DNA from: Vicugna vicugna
Taxonomy: Eukaryota
Assembly (NCBI GenBank): GCA_013265495.1
Contig: MU058221.1
Location: forward strand, 3,100,001 to 3,164,000
Length of the DNA: 64,000 nt
Direction: 5' to 3'
In this document: positions 23,526-35,984 of the stretch, one piece after another
How the letters are laid out: each line of letters begins with the position of its first letter
How positions within the stretch are numbered: the stretch's first letter is position 1
Program-made: the position numbers and the translations under genes
Notes under the pieces: model-generated
Seen by the model: the letters and a program-made list of their open reading frames with translations, nothing else
Told to the model about the DNA's origin: nothing
The model's database searches: none

Positions 23526-25289
23526 TTAATCTTGGTTATTATTAAAAGATTGCTGAACATTAGAATAAAGTGTAGAGATTATTTAAGGCTCTGGATGATC
23601 TATGTGAGGATATACTTTTGTCTCACTGATTAGCGATAAATCCCCTTGATGTAATTAGTGTTGAAATGATTCAAAACTGGGACGTCATCCTTCTGTGGTC
23701 TGTTTTCAGTTCATATTTATTCCCAGGCTGAGGTCTTCTGGGCGCTCGCTCGGTGAATACCTGAGGTTTCCACCAGAGAGGTTTTCCTCCGGTCAGTCCT
23801 GAACTTGTTTCTTACTCCCTCAGATCCGTAAGGCCCCTGGGAGTTCGGCTTCATCTCCGTGATTCTCGGCTCAACCTCCTCTTCCCTCGCCTCTGTCCTG
23901 CCTCGGCCCCTGCTCGCCAGCAGGTGTGCAGCAGGCGGCGTCACTGCTCAGAACTGTCCACTTTTTCTGGTCTTGACACCGCAGATACCAGTTTCCTTGA
24001 TGACTTCGTGATGCCTTTAAATATTAGGTTTTTTCTAGTTGTTCTCAGCAGGTGGATTGGCTCAAAATAGCCCCCCTCCTCCCCAGTCTTTCTGTCAGTG
24101 AGCGGCACTGCACTGAACTTACTTTCCCAAGCCAGAGCCCTTAGGAATTATGTTTATCTTTGCTTTGACCTGTACCTTGTTTCTCCAAGAAATCAATCAA
24201 TTCTGTTAAGTCCATTGGTTTCATATCTTTCAATTCCGCCCCCTGCCCCCACCCCTCATCATCCCCACGGCCACTGGTTAGCACCCTTAATTTCTCAGCT
24301 GGATTAAAAATACAACCTTGTAAATGATCTCCTTGTCTTGATTTTTGCTGCTTCCTTTATTTTATTTTTACCCTGCCACTCAGAACGTTAGTCTTAAAGT
24401 TCAGTCCTCACTGTATGACCCTCCTGCTTAAATTCTTTCAAACCATCTTCATAACATTCAAGGTAAATTAAAACTCCTTTAGCACAATACGTGTAGCATT
24501 CTCCAGGAACGGGTAAGTGTTTATTTCAGCTCTGTCAGGGCTCTTGCTTCCATGCTCTTTTTGTGTCATTTATGCCACATTTGACTAGTCTAAGCTCCTG
24601 AAAGCCACATGCCCTGGACTTTGTGCATCCTTCCTCCCACTGTTTTTGAAGGGCGCGTTATGGTCGTGGCTTCTCAAGAATGCTTCTCTCATCAGTGCGC
24701 ACTCTCATTCTGCCTCCCGGGTATACCTGGGTGAGCTCTCCTAGCTCCTCTTCAAACGACTCGACGGTCTGGAAGAATAATATGTGCAAGAATGCATTTC
24801 TTATAGATAGATACATGCCATGTGTAGCTGAGCTATATAGTGAGTGATGGGGAGAGAGGTATACCCAGGTCAGAGATGGATAAAAATAAAAAAATAAGGA
24901 GGGGGAGATGTTGGAAGCACTTTTAGAGTGCTGTGGAGATCTTTGGGAAGTTCACCCCCAGCTTAGACCTGAGTCTAGCACGGAGTGGACCACAAAAAGT
25001 TCGAACTGAATGAACTGTCGCCCAGTTCTTTACTGAGGTGACTACATGTTATATGTAAATACTCTATCAGATACTGAAAAGGTCATAACAATGTGTAAAA
25101 GTCCTGGCTTTGTCCTTAAGTCCCCCACCTTCTACTAGTGAGCTCATAACATGAGCACAAATGTATTTTATGTAAGTTCAAATGTGAGGGTGAAATACAT
25201 TAAAAAGGCCATGGCTTCTAAAGAAAGAAATATTCGCATTCTAATGAAGAGAGAAAAAAAAGCAGTTGTAAACCAGGTGTCTTTAAAAC

Positions 25290-25870
25290 ATTTTTATTTA
25301 AAAAAAAAATCTCCTATATGCAAACATTTTTCAAAAAAGCATAATGATCTCCTGAATATATTTCGCTTAGGTTTACCAACCAGTAATATTTTGACATATT
25401 CTTCTTTTTCTTCTTATAATTCTTATCATTTTCCTGAGCTTTGGAGATTAAGTTGCAATCGTCATAAGCCTTCAACCTAAGAACTTGAGCATATGTCCAC
25501 CAAAAACAGAGCATGGTGCTGCGTGGACACAGCACAGACACTCAATTCAGAGAATTTAGAGTTACTGTAATACACCATCAAATATATAGTTCATTTTCAA
25601 TCTTCACAAATTGTTCCAGTTCTGTCTTTTAGTAGGATTTTTTTTTTCTGTCCAGCATCCAATCAAGGACCATGCATTTCATTCAGTTTTCATGTCTTTA
25701 TAGTCTCTTTGAATTTGGAACAATTCTCAATTTGGTTTTTTGTCTTTAATAGATTGTCATTTTTTAAGAGTACAGACGTGTGTGTGTGTGTGTGTGTGTG
25801 TGAGTAGGGCTGTTTCATCAGGATTATATTCAAGTTATACATTTTGGGCAAGATGATCACATTCTGGCAG
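25290..25870 (-). mobile_element. Old L1 (L1MC/MD-like) 3' end with a (GT)n at 25778-25802
   Basis: TCCAGCATCCAATCAAGGACCATGCATT, CATGTCTTTATAGTCTCTTT, GTTATACATTTTGGGCAAGA. Confidence 0.65.
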
Positions 25871-28329
25871 GTGACATTTTATACAAGTTTTGAAAGATGG
25901 AAAATATTTATAGGGAAACATGAAGTGTGGCACAGGAAACACTTGGAACTAGGAACTGAACTGAACATTCTTAATTGTAGTAAAAGGTTCTTACCACTGA
26001 GTATAGATGCTCTGGATGGCTTTTCATAGTCTGATTTTTTTTGATCAGTGTGAAATTACTAATAGTTAGATGCATCAAATAGAAGGTTAGAACCATGCTT
26101 TCAAAAGACAGATGTAGATATGGGGTAGTTAGAACCGGTTTCCTAAAGAAAATATTCAACATTAGTCCCTCATTAATTGCAGACATGGGGAAACTCTGAC
26201 TTCTCAGAAATTCGGTTTTAATCGTTAAGGTGTTCATGATGTTGACGGGGGAAGATGTACAACTTTTGTCTTTCCAACAAAGAGGCTGTCTATCTTCAGT
26301 ATTCAAGCAGGCCTCCATAAGCGGACTATCAACACTTGCAATCTGGAACATTTTAAATGAGTGAGCATGGTACCGTTACTGGATACCATGGAGCCACAGA
26401 GACGTAAAGTAGTCATATTTTTGTAGACTGTCCCCTTATTTGGTAGATAAAGTAAGCCCAAAGAGAGGATGCTTTGCCCAGATTTACGGAGCTGGAAAGT
26501 GATTCAGATTAATCACTGTCCAGTCGACAGATACATAGAATATGCCGTGGAAATCACAAAATTTCTGCTTCATGGTCAGCCTCCCGTCATGACTGTCACT
26601 TTGGAGGATTAGGCCTTTCCCTGTTGGGCCCCAGTGTTCTGATGGTAGTTTAGTAACAGAAGGGGGAATGCCAGAAAAGATTCACAACTGCTTTATCAGA
26701 TCCACTTTTAGCCTCATTCATCTTGACTCTCAAAGCATTTGCTCACTAACGTGGTCCTCGCCATGAAGTTTCTTTTCAGGTCAGTGCCAAGTTTTAAGAG
26801 CTATATACCACAAGAGAAATATTTTTTGTCATGTGATTCCCCAAATATGAACTCAACAATAGTTTTATCATCCATGTTTCTAATCCATTAGCAACATTGA
26901 CTTTGCCGTGAAATGAGAGTAATTCAATTTCAGATTATAAGAGAACGCTGAAATCATTGTGGCTTTGTCTGCTGGTTTTACAGGAGTTAAGGCTCTGTCA
27001 GGAATTTCCTGATGAAGCTTTGTATTTCAAAGTTTTGTAATCAGACGTTAAAAAGAATTTTAGAAAAGCCGAACACCTTTTGAGACTGCATTGGTGCCTG
27101 TGAGAAAACCGTGTTAGGCTCTTTATCCAAAGAGAGCCACACCGATGGGCAAGTCCTTCTGCTTAGTGACTTTCATTATTAGACTGGCTCTGGGCACCAC
27201 TGACACATTTTCCTAATACTGCAGAGGGGTCCATTCTCGGGCTTGTTCATCCTCAGGATCAGGTGTAGACCTCGGAGTTGTGCTGTAAACAGAAGGCAGA
27301 AGACACAGCACACATCACCCAGTCCCTTGCTGCCTCTCTGACGATGGAAAAGGTTACTCAATTTTGTTGAGGCTCAAGTTACTTAAAATTTTAAAAGAGG
27401 GGGACAGTTTATCCTATCTTCCTGAAATTAGGCTGAAAATTAACTTTTGGGGTCCTTTCCAAACATCTGAGTTTATGTTAAAAGGAGGTGGCGGCTAATT
27501 CAATGGATCCTTAGACGTGGAAGGGAGACTGCCATCTGCATCTTTTATTTGAGATATATTACAAACAGGTCATCCCTCAAAACATCCAAGGAAAGGCAGG
27601 GCCCTGACTTAAAGCATATTATTTAAATTATCTTCCCAATACGTTGCAGATGAACATGGTTAGGTATTCATAAGTTGGCATGGATATTCTGAAGCCAGAC
27701 CTCCTGTATTATATATACATGAGGGGCCATGTGTAGGAAGTGGCCATAAAGGAAATGACTGGTCACTGATGAAAAGCTCCCTAAGGTCAGAAAGAATGGT
27801 GAACAAAGAAGACGGTGGACGTCAGGGTTGGGTAGGCTGAGAATTCCTGCCTAATTCCGCTCAAGACGACTCCTCTTCATTCATTTATCGTTAGTTCAAC
27901 TCCACACAAATTTGAGCCTGTTATAGTCCCGGCAATGTTTTTTTTTTTCCATTTAATTTAGAGAGATTCACTTTATTCCAGGAATCAGCGGGCTACCCTA
28001 AAAGGAATATCCCAGTACCTGTTTCTGTCCAGCCTTTTGTGTGTCTCTCAGGAACTGCAGGTACTTGTCGCTTGACGTTTACATTAGCAGTGGTAAAACG
28101 TCTCAGATACTTCAAAGCCATCAGCAACACAGACTAACTATTCTTTTGAAGAAATAAAAAAATCACCTGAGCTGGGAGTTTGAGAAAGCTGAGTAACCAG
28201 TGTCTAGGCAGTGTTTTGATACCATGCTAGGTTTAAAAAAAAATACGACGGCTTTCGTGCGTCCTGGAAATTTACGACTACGTTGGGGAAGCTGTGTAAA
28301 TCCTTAGTAACAGCAGTCGCTGCGATGTC

Positions 28330-28515
28330 TTCTGTGTTTGCTGAGTGGCTGGCGTGAAGGTATCTGACTTGTGCACGTCACCTGAGTGGATAGTCACGGC
28401 AAGCCCCCGAGGGCGCTATCTTTTTCATTTCACTGATGATGAAACCAGGGCTTATAGAGGAGAAAGAACCTTAGCAAGGCCATCCGTGGGTGGCAGATTC
28501 AGGGCTGTACACGTT
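28330..28515 (+). mobile_element. MIR SINE fragment
   Basis: CATTTCACTGATGATGAAACCAGGGCTTATAGAGG...AGCAAGGCCA...GTGGCAGA. Confidence 0.55.
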
Positions 28516-31500
28516 ATAAAGAGCAGTTTAGGAATAATCCACGGGGGTGCATTTTCAATGGTAGAATTCCTGACGTCAGAATAGATGGACTGCAGGAAGG
28601 TCTCTCCTCAACTACGCAACTACGATCCTCAGCAAACTTCTGAAACAGAAGTGGTGAAAAAGCAGGTCTATTACGTGCCAGGCCCAGTGCGGAAATTTTT
28701 GTTTGTTTTTATTTTTGTTGCTTTGTTTGTTTCTGGGTTTGTTTTTAGATTATCTTTTTTTATTTCTGTTTAGCCTCCCATTTGGTAGATACAATTATTT
28801 TCTTCGATTTCCAGACTGGGAAGCTGTGTGGGCCAGGGCACTGAAGTAAACCCCTCATTCATACAAATGCAAAGTGATAGAGCCGTAATCTGTATGTAAA
28901 TTTGAATCTGTGCTCTTGGCCATTAGGAAGTAATACCTTTGACTGGAGACCTCCAAACACAATGCCAGCTTTGTGGTAAGCAGCCTGGTTGCAAACACAC
29001 CCCATTCACTTCGGCTGAGAAACAGCCATCTGAGCTGAAACATCTTCTCTCTCTCTAACGCCTGAATCACGGCCAGTGCTGCCCGTCCCCCTGAATGAAG
29101 CTTTCCTGCCCTCCCTAGCTTTCAGTATCTCCCGTTTCTCATCTCCTCTAACGCCATGAGAACTAAGCCATTCAGCTCTGCATTACTGACTGTGCTAACC
29201 TGCACGTTACCACTTTTAGAGTATTTCTTTCACACTTTGGCCCAAACGCAGAACTTAATAAATCGGTTGAATAACTCTGGAGGAAGCTAGTTTTAAGGAA
29301 AAAGAATGATTACTTAAAATGTTAAATAACTCTAGAATTTTCTCAATGCAGAATTTCTCTCTACCTAGCACTTGTGCAAAGGCAAGCCGTCTCCTAATTG
29401 AAATCAAAAAGAATTTATCACGGTGGAATGCTTGGGCTTAATATTCCATGCGATTTGTATGAGATTGTTTTTGTGGGTCTTGTCCTAAATTGAGTTGACA
29501 TTACCCCCAAACCCAGAAATTATGGGACACCAGAAATCTCAACAGATTTCAATACCCACTTGAATTTAGCTTTTCAGATGGAATTATTCACTGTAATTTA
29601 AACTTTCCAGATTAAACAGGTAGACTTGAATAATTTTTGCCTGGAAGAAAACCTGGAATAATTAATAAGGAATAAAACTGAGTATTAACCCTGAATGTAT
29701 TATTCCATTGTCAGACTCATGCGTGAGGACTTGGGCCCAACTATGAGAACAGGAAAATACGTGTATGTATGTATATATATATATATATATTTTTTTTTTA
29801 ATTACCACTCTAAGACTCAGTCTCAATCATACCCTCTCTTATAGATAAATGGTGGTCTCTAAATACGTAGCATCATTTAGGGCTGAATTTCACATGTAAG
29901 TGATTTTCCTATTTCATTGAAGTGCTCTCTCCAATTCTAACATTTTAGTATTTTTATGGAATATATTATATATTTTCTATATAAAATGAAATGAACATAT
30001 TAAGCAGTTTCAAGGGAGATGCTGTGACTTTACGTGCAGGTTTCAGTTGGTCAGTATGCAGTTCATGATTGCTCAGCAGTAAAATTCAAGGGATGTAAAT
30101 CTGGCAGCTTCTTTGAGCCAGGTAACTCTTTCATGATAGTTTTTGCTTTGATGTTCACAGTAAAGCAAATAATAATTAATAATAATAATGATGATGCAAG
30201 CAAGAGTGTTAACGGACAAGGGATTCATTACTTAAAAACAACAACAACAAACTTTGAAGCTTTTCATTTACCCAGTTATTTAGCTCAAGGGGTGAAGTTC
30301 CAAGATCGTGAACACGAGAGGAAGCTCTAATGTTAGGGTGGAAGAGGAAGGTGTAAAGCGTGGGTTTGTCTGGGGCTGGGTGTGCGTGGACTGGGGCTGA
30401 GAGGTGGGCCTGTGGAGCCGGAGGGGGTCCCTGTAAGCCTAAGGGGTTGGGAAATCTGGCAAAACATGTAGAAAGACAGCACATTCAAACCTTCCAAGTT
30501 TTCAGCTATGCAGAGAATTGCCCTGTGCTTAGGGCCTCATATGTTCAAGTTCGGCCACTGCACTGTTTACCATGATGTCAGGGCTCCAGGCATAGTTACT
30601 TAAGCTGCACTGTTACCTAACCACAAAGTGGCAGCTCTGATTCACAGCGGCAGCTGCAAATGCCTGCAGCATATGCCACTGTTCTGAAGATCTTCCCAGT
30701 AGAAGCAGGGAGGCCATTTCTCAAGGAAGAGAGGGGCTAAATTATTAGGTAAATTGATCGGAATTAATATTAGCCTGATTAAGTCTGAACTTAATCTACT
30801 TCCAACATTCTCATTTTGGTTCTTTTCAAAATCCAATTAACTTATACAGCTGATTAGCATTTGCTAGGTCTGATTTTACAGCCCGCAAATTTCTCTCGCC
30901 ATCGCCTTCTCTTTCATTTTCATGACTTTAATCCAAATATTACAAAGAGGTTTGACAAAGTATTTGCACATTAACCAGTTTAGAGTCTGCAGATTGCATG
31001 TACAGCTCTCATTAGTCACATTTTCCGAAGCCCAGACGACATGCTTAAAACAGACAAGCAGGAGGAGCCGTAAAAGCAAACACGGATGAGAAACCTGCCG
31101 ACATAAAGTAGGTGGAAACTGCATTACCATGTCTAAATGCTTCCTTTTTAATTTTCTGATGATAAAGGAGCATCCAGTGCTGCAGTGTAACTCCACTTCT
31201 CCTTGGAGAGAGCCAAGAGTAGACCGTGCATTAGGGAGTGGATTTCATTTTTTGAAAGCCTTTGTGAGACTAAATGATCTTTTTATCTGACACCTCCAAA
31301 CTGCAACCAAGCTCAAAGTATCCACCAGGAAAAAATGACAACACCAAGTACTTCCCAAGAAGTTACTATGGGAGCATGAGATTCTCTTACAAAATTTACA
31401 TAAATGGTTTCTAGTTTAGGGTTAAATCTATGATCTAGAATTTCTTTTTCTACTAGATTGACAGATTAAAGGCCCTGAACAAATTTCCAGGCTGAAACAA

Positions 31501-31522
31501 CTGTCCACTGAGGTAACTGGAG

Positions 31523-31629
31523 GCAGGGAGGGTGTAGTTCAGTGATACAGCACATGCTTAGCATGCACAAGGTCCTCGGTTCAGCCTCCAGCACTGCCAT
31601 TAAAAAATTGTTTTTTTTTTTTTTAAAAA
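31523..31629 (+). mobile_element. tRNA-derived SINE (Vic-1-like, short)
   Basis: GGGAGGGTGTAGTTCAGTGATACAGCACATGCTTAGCATGCACAAGGTCCTCGGTTCAGCCTCCAG; TSD AGGTAACTG(G/C)AG at 31511-31522 and 31630-31641. Confidence 0.9.
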
Positions 31630-32139
31630 AGGTAACTGCAGAGCTCCCAAACTTTGTGAAACTAGTAAGTTTCTCAGGGGTAAGTGAAGGACAGGCAGTT
31701 CTTAGCCTGTGAATTTCTTTTGGAGACATTGAATTTATGGTTCCTCAACTGTATGAGGCATAAGGAATAAGATATACCTCCCAGAATTTGCTAATGTAGA
31801 AACACTAAGGAAGACTACAAGAAAAAAAGACAAAACTAAGAACCCAAAGGATACATCCCTTTTTAAAGAAAACATGCTCCTCTTAACCCTTCCAGGCAGT
31901 GGAAGGGAAAAATAATTTCCACTGAGTGTGTCTGTTCACAAGACTGTCTTCATGCATGTTTTCAAGCCAAACCCTTGCTACTTTGTTGCCTAAGAAACCT
32001 TGGTTATTTCAGGATTTTCCCTGACACAAAGTACAAATGTATTCAGTTCAAGAAGAAATAATAGCAGCTTAGTCATAGTGTCACAAGGTTATAAGAGAAC
32101 TGAGGTGAACCCGTTATCCACTTGGTGTGTTCTGCTCTG

Positions 32140-32556
32140 TGTGCATCGGCTCATGTAGACCCTGGGCATTGGATTGATTGACCAGGGCACAGCTGATTGG
32201 ACCAAGGATGGACATCTCACTCCACATGGGTCAAAGGCAATTTCTGTTCTGGGGATTTGTAATTAGAATACACAGAACACAGGTGGTCTTTAATAGGCAC
32301 TTCAAGTGGAAGATCACAGACACAGAACAGGAACCAGAGATGCGTGACAGAAGTACAGCTGAAATGTAGAGAAATGTACCAGGAGAGAAGACGTATGTGA
32401 GGAAAAAGAAGACCAGAGAATCTGCAAGTGAAATTTCACTTCCTACCTTTAATCCCCCTTGAGAAACTTGCAACCTTCAAACTAATTTCCCTTTACAAAT
32501 TAAAGCCAGTTTGAGTGGGTTCCTAACCCTTGAAACTAAATGATCCCAACTGCAGT
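32140..32556 (+). mobile_element. Old ERVL (LTR33-like) LTR fragment
   Basis: GCTGATTGGACCAAGGATGGACATCT and terminal TAAAGCCAGTTTGAGTGGGTTCC...TTGAAACTAAA. Confidence 0.5.
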
Positions 32557-32574
32557 AGGATCTTAACATGAATT

Positions 32575-32720
32575 AAGCTCAGCTCTCTTACTTTAAAGAT
32601 GGAGAAACTGAGACCTAAGAAGGTAAAAGGAATGTTTTAGGGTAACATAAGGACTTATCTGTAACTGAGTTCCAGGACCCTTAGTTCCCCAAATATTTTA
32701 TCTTCTGATACTGCCTCTTG
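32575..32720 (+). mobile_element. MIR SINE fragment
   Basis: TTTAAAGATGGAGAAACTGAGACCTAAGAAGGTAAA core. Confidence 0.65.
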
Positions 32721-33559
32721 GCTTTCGTTATTTAACAGTTCCAGACAAGCCCGTGTTCCATCCTTAATCGACCATAGTAAAGATATTAAGAGTTCACTTT
32801 CTAATCAGTATTGAATAAACTAACTACTCATGTATGCAATCATCAGAAGCCGCCTGAGGAATACATCTTTCATAAGAGAGGTATGAAGGAAGCAAGAGAC
32901 AGAATGTTGAAAACCTCAGAAAGCACTATTCATAACACAGGGACGAAGACGGAGTACGTCCCTAATCAATGAGCAGTGACTCTCCATTACAGCCCATCTA
33001 TGGTTATGCGGATGAAACTCACTGAATTCACTCATTTCACTCGTCTTCACAATGAATAGTGCAGTGGGCTGTAACAACTGGCAAGAAAATACAGAGTCCA
33101 TCAGCTGTGGCTCATTTGTTTTCCATGACAGGATGTGGACAAAGAATCGGTGATCTCAGAGGACTCAGTTCCACAGGAAGTGCAGTGATTCCTACTTCAC
33201 ACGAAGAAGTGTCCACCACAGACTACCCAGTTGGATGCACTTACATATTTCATCAATTTAATGACTTTGAACGAATGGACTGCTACATAATGCATTCCTT
33301 TTCTAAAGTATTTGTCGCCGTGATCAAATTAATTATTACTAGTTTTTTGTCATTAGATGGATACAAGTAAGTGTAGCAATTATATCTACCTTCCCATGAG
33401 GAGAATGTGTTTACTTTGGAAGATTTTTGGAATTGCGATCTGAGACAGAGCAAACAAGCCAAGAATCTACAAGACTTCCACAGGAAGTGAAATTATACAG
33501 TTCTTACCATGATGACCATTGTTACTGTTATAAGAATTGCTGGCAGGAAGAATCCGATG

Positions 33560-34200
33560 ATCCATTTATTCGTTCACTCAGAAAACATTACGACTCAACT
33601 TTTGCCCTGCTCAGAAGCTATGTGTGTTTTTTCAGTTCAACACACATTAACTGAGAACATATTCCATGTCAGACAGTGAGTGAAAGGCTTGGGAAATAGC
33701 TGTAAACAAAAGAGATCCTTGCTCTCGCGCAGCTTGAACTAAACAGTTGATGTCACTGATTTGCTTAATACTTGCCTTGATTTCCCATCCTACCCAGAAT
33801 GAAGTCCAGACTCCTTACCACGATCTGTAAGACCCCAGGTGATACGAACCTTGCCTACGTCTACTGTTGATTCGCTCAGAGGAGTGGCCCTGCCCTTGGT
33901 GTTCCTGAGATGAGCTGAATCTTCCTCGTTTCCTTTGTCATTAACGCTCCTGTGCCAGGAACACTCACCTCTTCGAAGGTCTGGCTTCTCCTGGTTTTAC
34001 AACTCTCCGCTTATATATCGCTGCTTCAAAGACAACTTTTATAATTTAATCTTCAAAAACAAAAAAGCGTCCATCCCCAAGTCTTTCTACCATGCCAGAT
34101 TGTTTTAATACAGACAAAGTTCCTTGTTTGTTGAATTATTTAGTTGTTTACCCTATATTGTCTTTCTTCATTGATTCTAAGTTCTGTAAGAGCAAGTATT
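33560..34200. mobile_element. L2 fragments
   Basis: CATTTATTCGTTCACTCA, TTCAACACACATTAACTGAGAAC...ATGTCAGACA, AGAATGAAGTCCAGACTCCTTACCA. Confidence 0.55.
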
Positions 34201-34281
34201 ATACATATGTGTAATATATATTGTATTATATTATATTATATATGTGCATTATATAATATATATATATATATGCACATATAG
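34198..34281. repeat. AT-rich (TA)n/(TATAT)n low-complexity repeat
   Basis: Read directly from the sequence. Confidence 0.8.
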
Positions 34282-35274
34282 ACTTTCTTTCTTATTCACT
34301 GTCTTATTTCCAAAATGCTTGGAATTTATTAAGCTGTCATAAAATATACTGTAGAATATAAATAAATCAGTGAATTCATATTTATGTATGCTTTTCTTAG
34401 TGTAAAATATCAAACCAGTTTTTGGAAAGAATTTAATTACCCATCCAACATGAACACATTGCCAAAAGTAATACAAGATGGGAATAAACTTAATTTCTCT
34501 AACTGAGAGGCTAAATAAAGAGCAGAAAAGTAAGAGAAAAGGCTCATTTCTGAGTGGCTTGAGGTCATCTAATCGTCTCCTTCTGTAGCTTATAAATTGC
34601 ATGATTATTAGAATTATGCCTACACATACAATAGATTTTCTTTGCATGTGGATATTTTGAGATATAGTTAATTCAGGATTATAAATCATATAGGGAAATG
34701 ATTTATGTAAATTTAGAATTCATTAGCATGTAATCATTATTTTCCTTACAATTCAGGCAAATGGAAGAAGTCAAAAGGATCAAGTTGGTAAAGAAAGAAA
34801 GAAAGAAGAGCAATTTGCTAATAATCTCATTACTATGTTGATAAATAACCAGAAATGGATAAGTTCCAGGGCACAGAAATCTTGTTACTTTCCTTGTAAT
34901 TCAAATTGAGTACAGGACCCACTTCTTCCTTGTTAGCAATAAGTAGCTGACTTCATGGCTCAGCTTGTAAGAATCTTGCCAATGAAACTGGGCAAAATGC
35001 ATTTGATCGACATAAAAATAACTTTCACTAACTACTATAAAAGTCCCACTACCATTTAATTATTCTGGCTATTGGAAATGTCCAGTAACCTGTTGGTGGA
35101 AATGCGATGAAAGTAAGACAGTAAATAGTCAAAGTAGCTTCAGATCCTGATTCTGAGGCTTTAAGAGATTGTCTAGTTTATCTAGACTCTTGGAGGCGTG
35201 GCTTTCAAATATATGAATTGGAGTAAAGAATTCCCATACGATATGATTGTAAAGAAATTCAAGGTAATGCATAC

Positions 35275-35893
35275 AGTTTTCATCTCTCCTGGATGCACAC
35301 CCAGCAGAGGGACTTCTGGATCACATGACAGCTCTATTTCTAGCTTTTTAAGGAATGTTCATACTGTTTTCCATAGTGACTGCACCAATTTACATTCCCA
35401 CCAAAAGTGTAGGAGAATTTCCTTTACTCCACATCCTCTCCAGCATTTATTATCTGTAGAATTTTTTTAAATTTTTATTTATCTATCTATTTATTTATTT
35501 ATTTAGAGGAGATACTGGGGACTGAACCCAGGACCTCCTGCTTGCTAAGCACGCACTCTGCCACTTGAGCTATCCCCTCCCCTCTTTATCTGTAGAATTT
35601 TTGACGATGGCTGTTCTGACCAGTGTGAGGTGACACCACATTGTGGTTTTGGTTTGCATTTCCCTAATATTTAGCAAAGTCGAGAATCTTTTCATGTACC
35701 TGTTGGCCATCTGTATGTCTTATTTGGAGAAATACCTATTTAGGTCTTCTGTCCACTTTTAGATATTGAGTTGTATGAACTGTTTGTTTATTTTGACACT
35801 TAACCCCTTGTTGTTTGCAACATTTGCAAATATTGTCTTCCATTCTGTAGGTTGCCTTTTTGTTTTGTTGATGGTTTCCGTTGCTGTGCAATG
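35275..35893 (-). mobile_element. L1 ORF2 C-terminal fragment (decayed), interrupted by a SINE
   Basis: Minus-strand translation includes ETINKTKRQPTEWKTIFAN; the sequence has CACCAATTTACATTCCCACCAA and GGTTTGCATTTCCCTAAT. Confidence 0.9.
35467..35585 (-). mobile_element. tRNA-derived SINE (Vic-1-like) nested in L1
   Basis: Perfect 17-bp TSD TTATCTGTAGAATTTTT at 35450-35466 and 35586-35602; A/B boxes on the minus strand. Confidence 0.93.
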
Positions 35894-35896
35894 TGT

Positions 35897-35984
35897 CTTT
35901 AAAAAATTAAAAATAGTACTACCATATGATCCAGCAACCCCAATCCTGGGCATATATCCAGAAAAGATGAAAACTCTAATTCAA
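35897..35984 (+). mobile_element. Short forward-oriented L1 ORF2 fragment abutting the inverted L1
   Basis: Translates as FKKLKIVLPYDPATPILGIYPEKMKT, compared with [23 protein letters not shown] in the L1 at 1921. Confidence 0.85.

Larger units (their letters stand above)
22100..24070 (-). mobile_element. Highly degraded old L1 region (interrupted by microsatellites and a SINE)
   Basis: Long T-rich tract with old-L1-like motifs such as CTTCTTGGATCTGTGG, CTCTCCTTCTGGGATT and TTTTCTAGTTGTTCTCAGCAGG; boundaries approximate. Confidence 0.5.
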
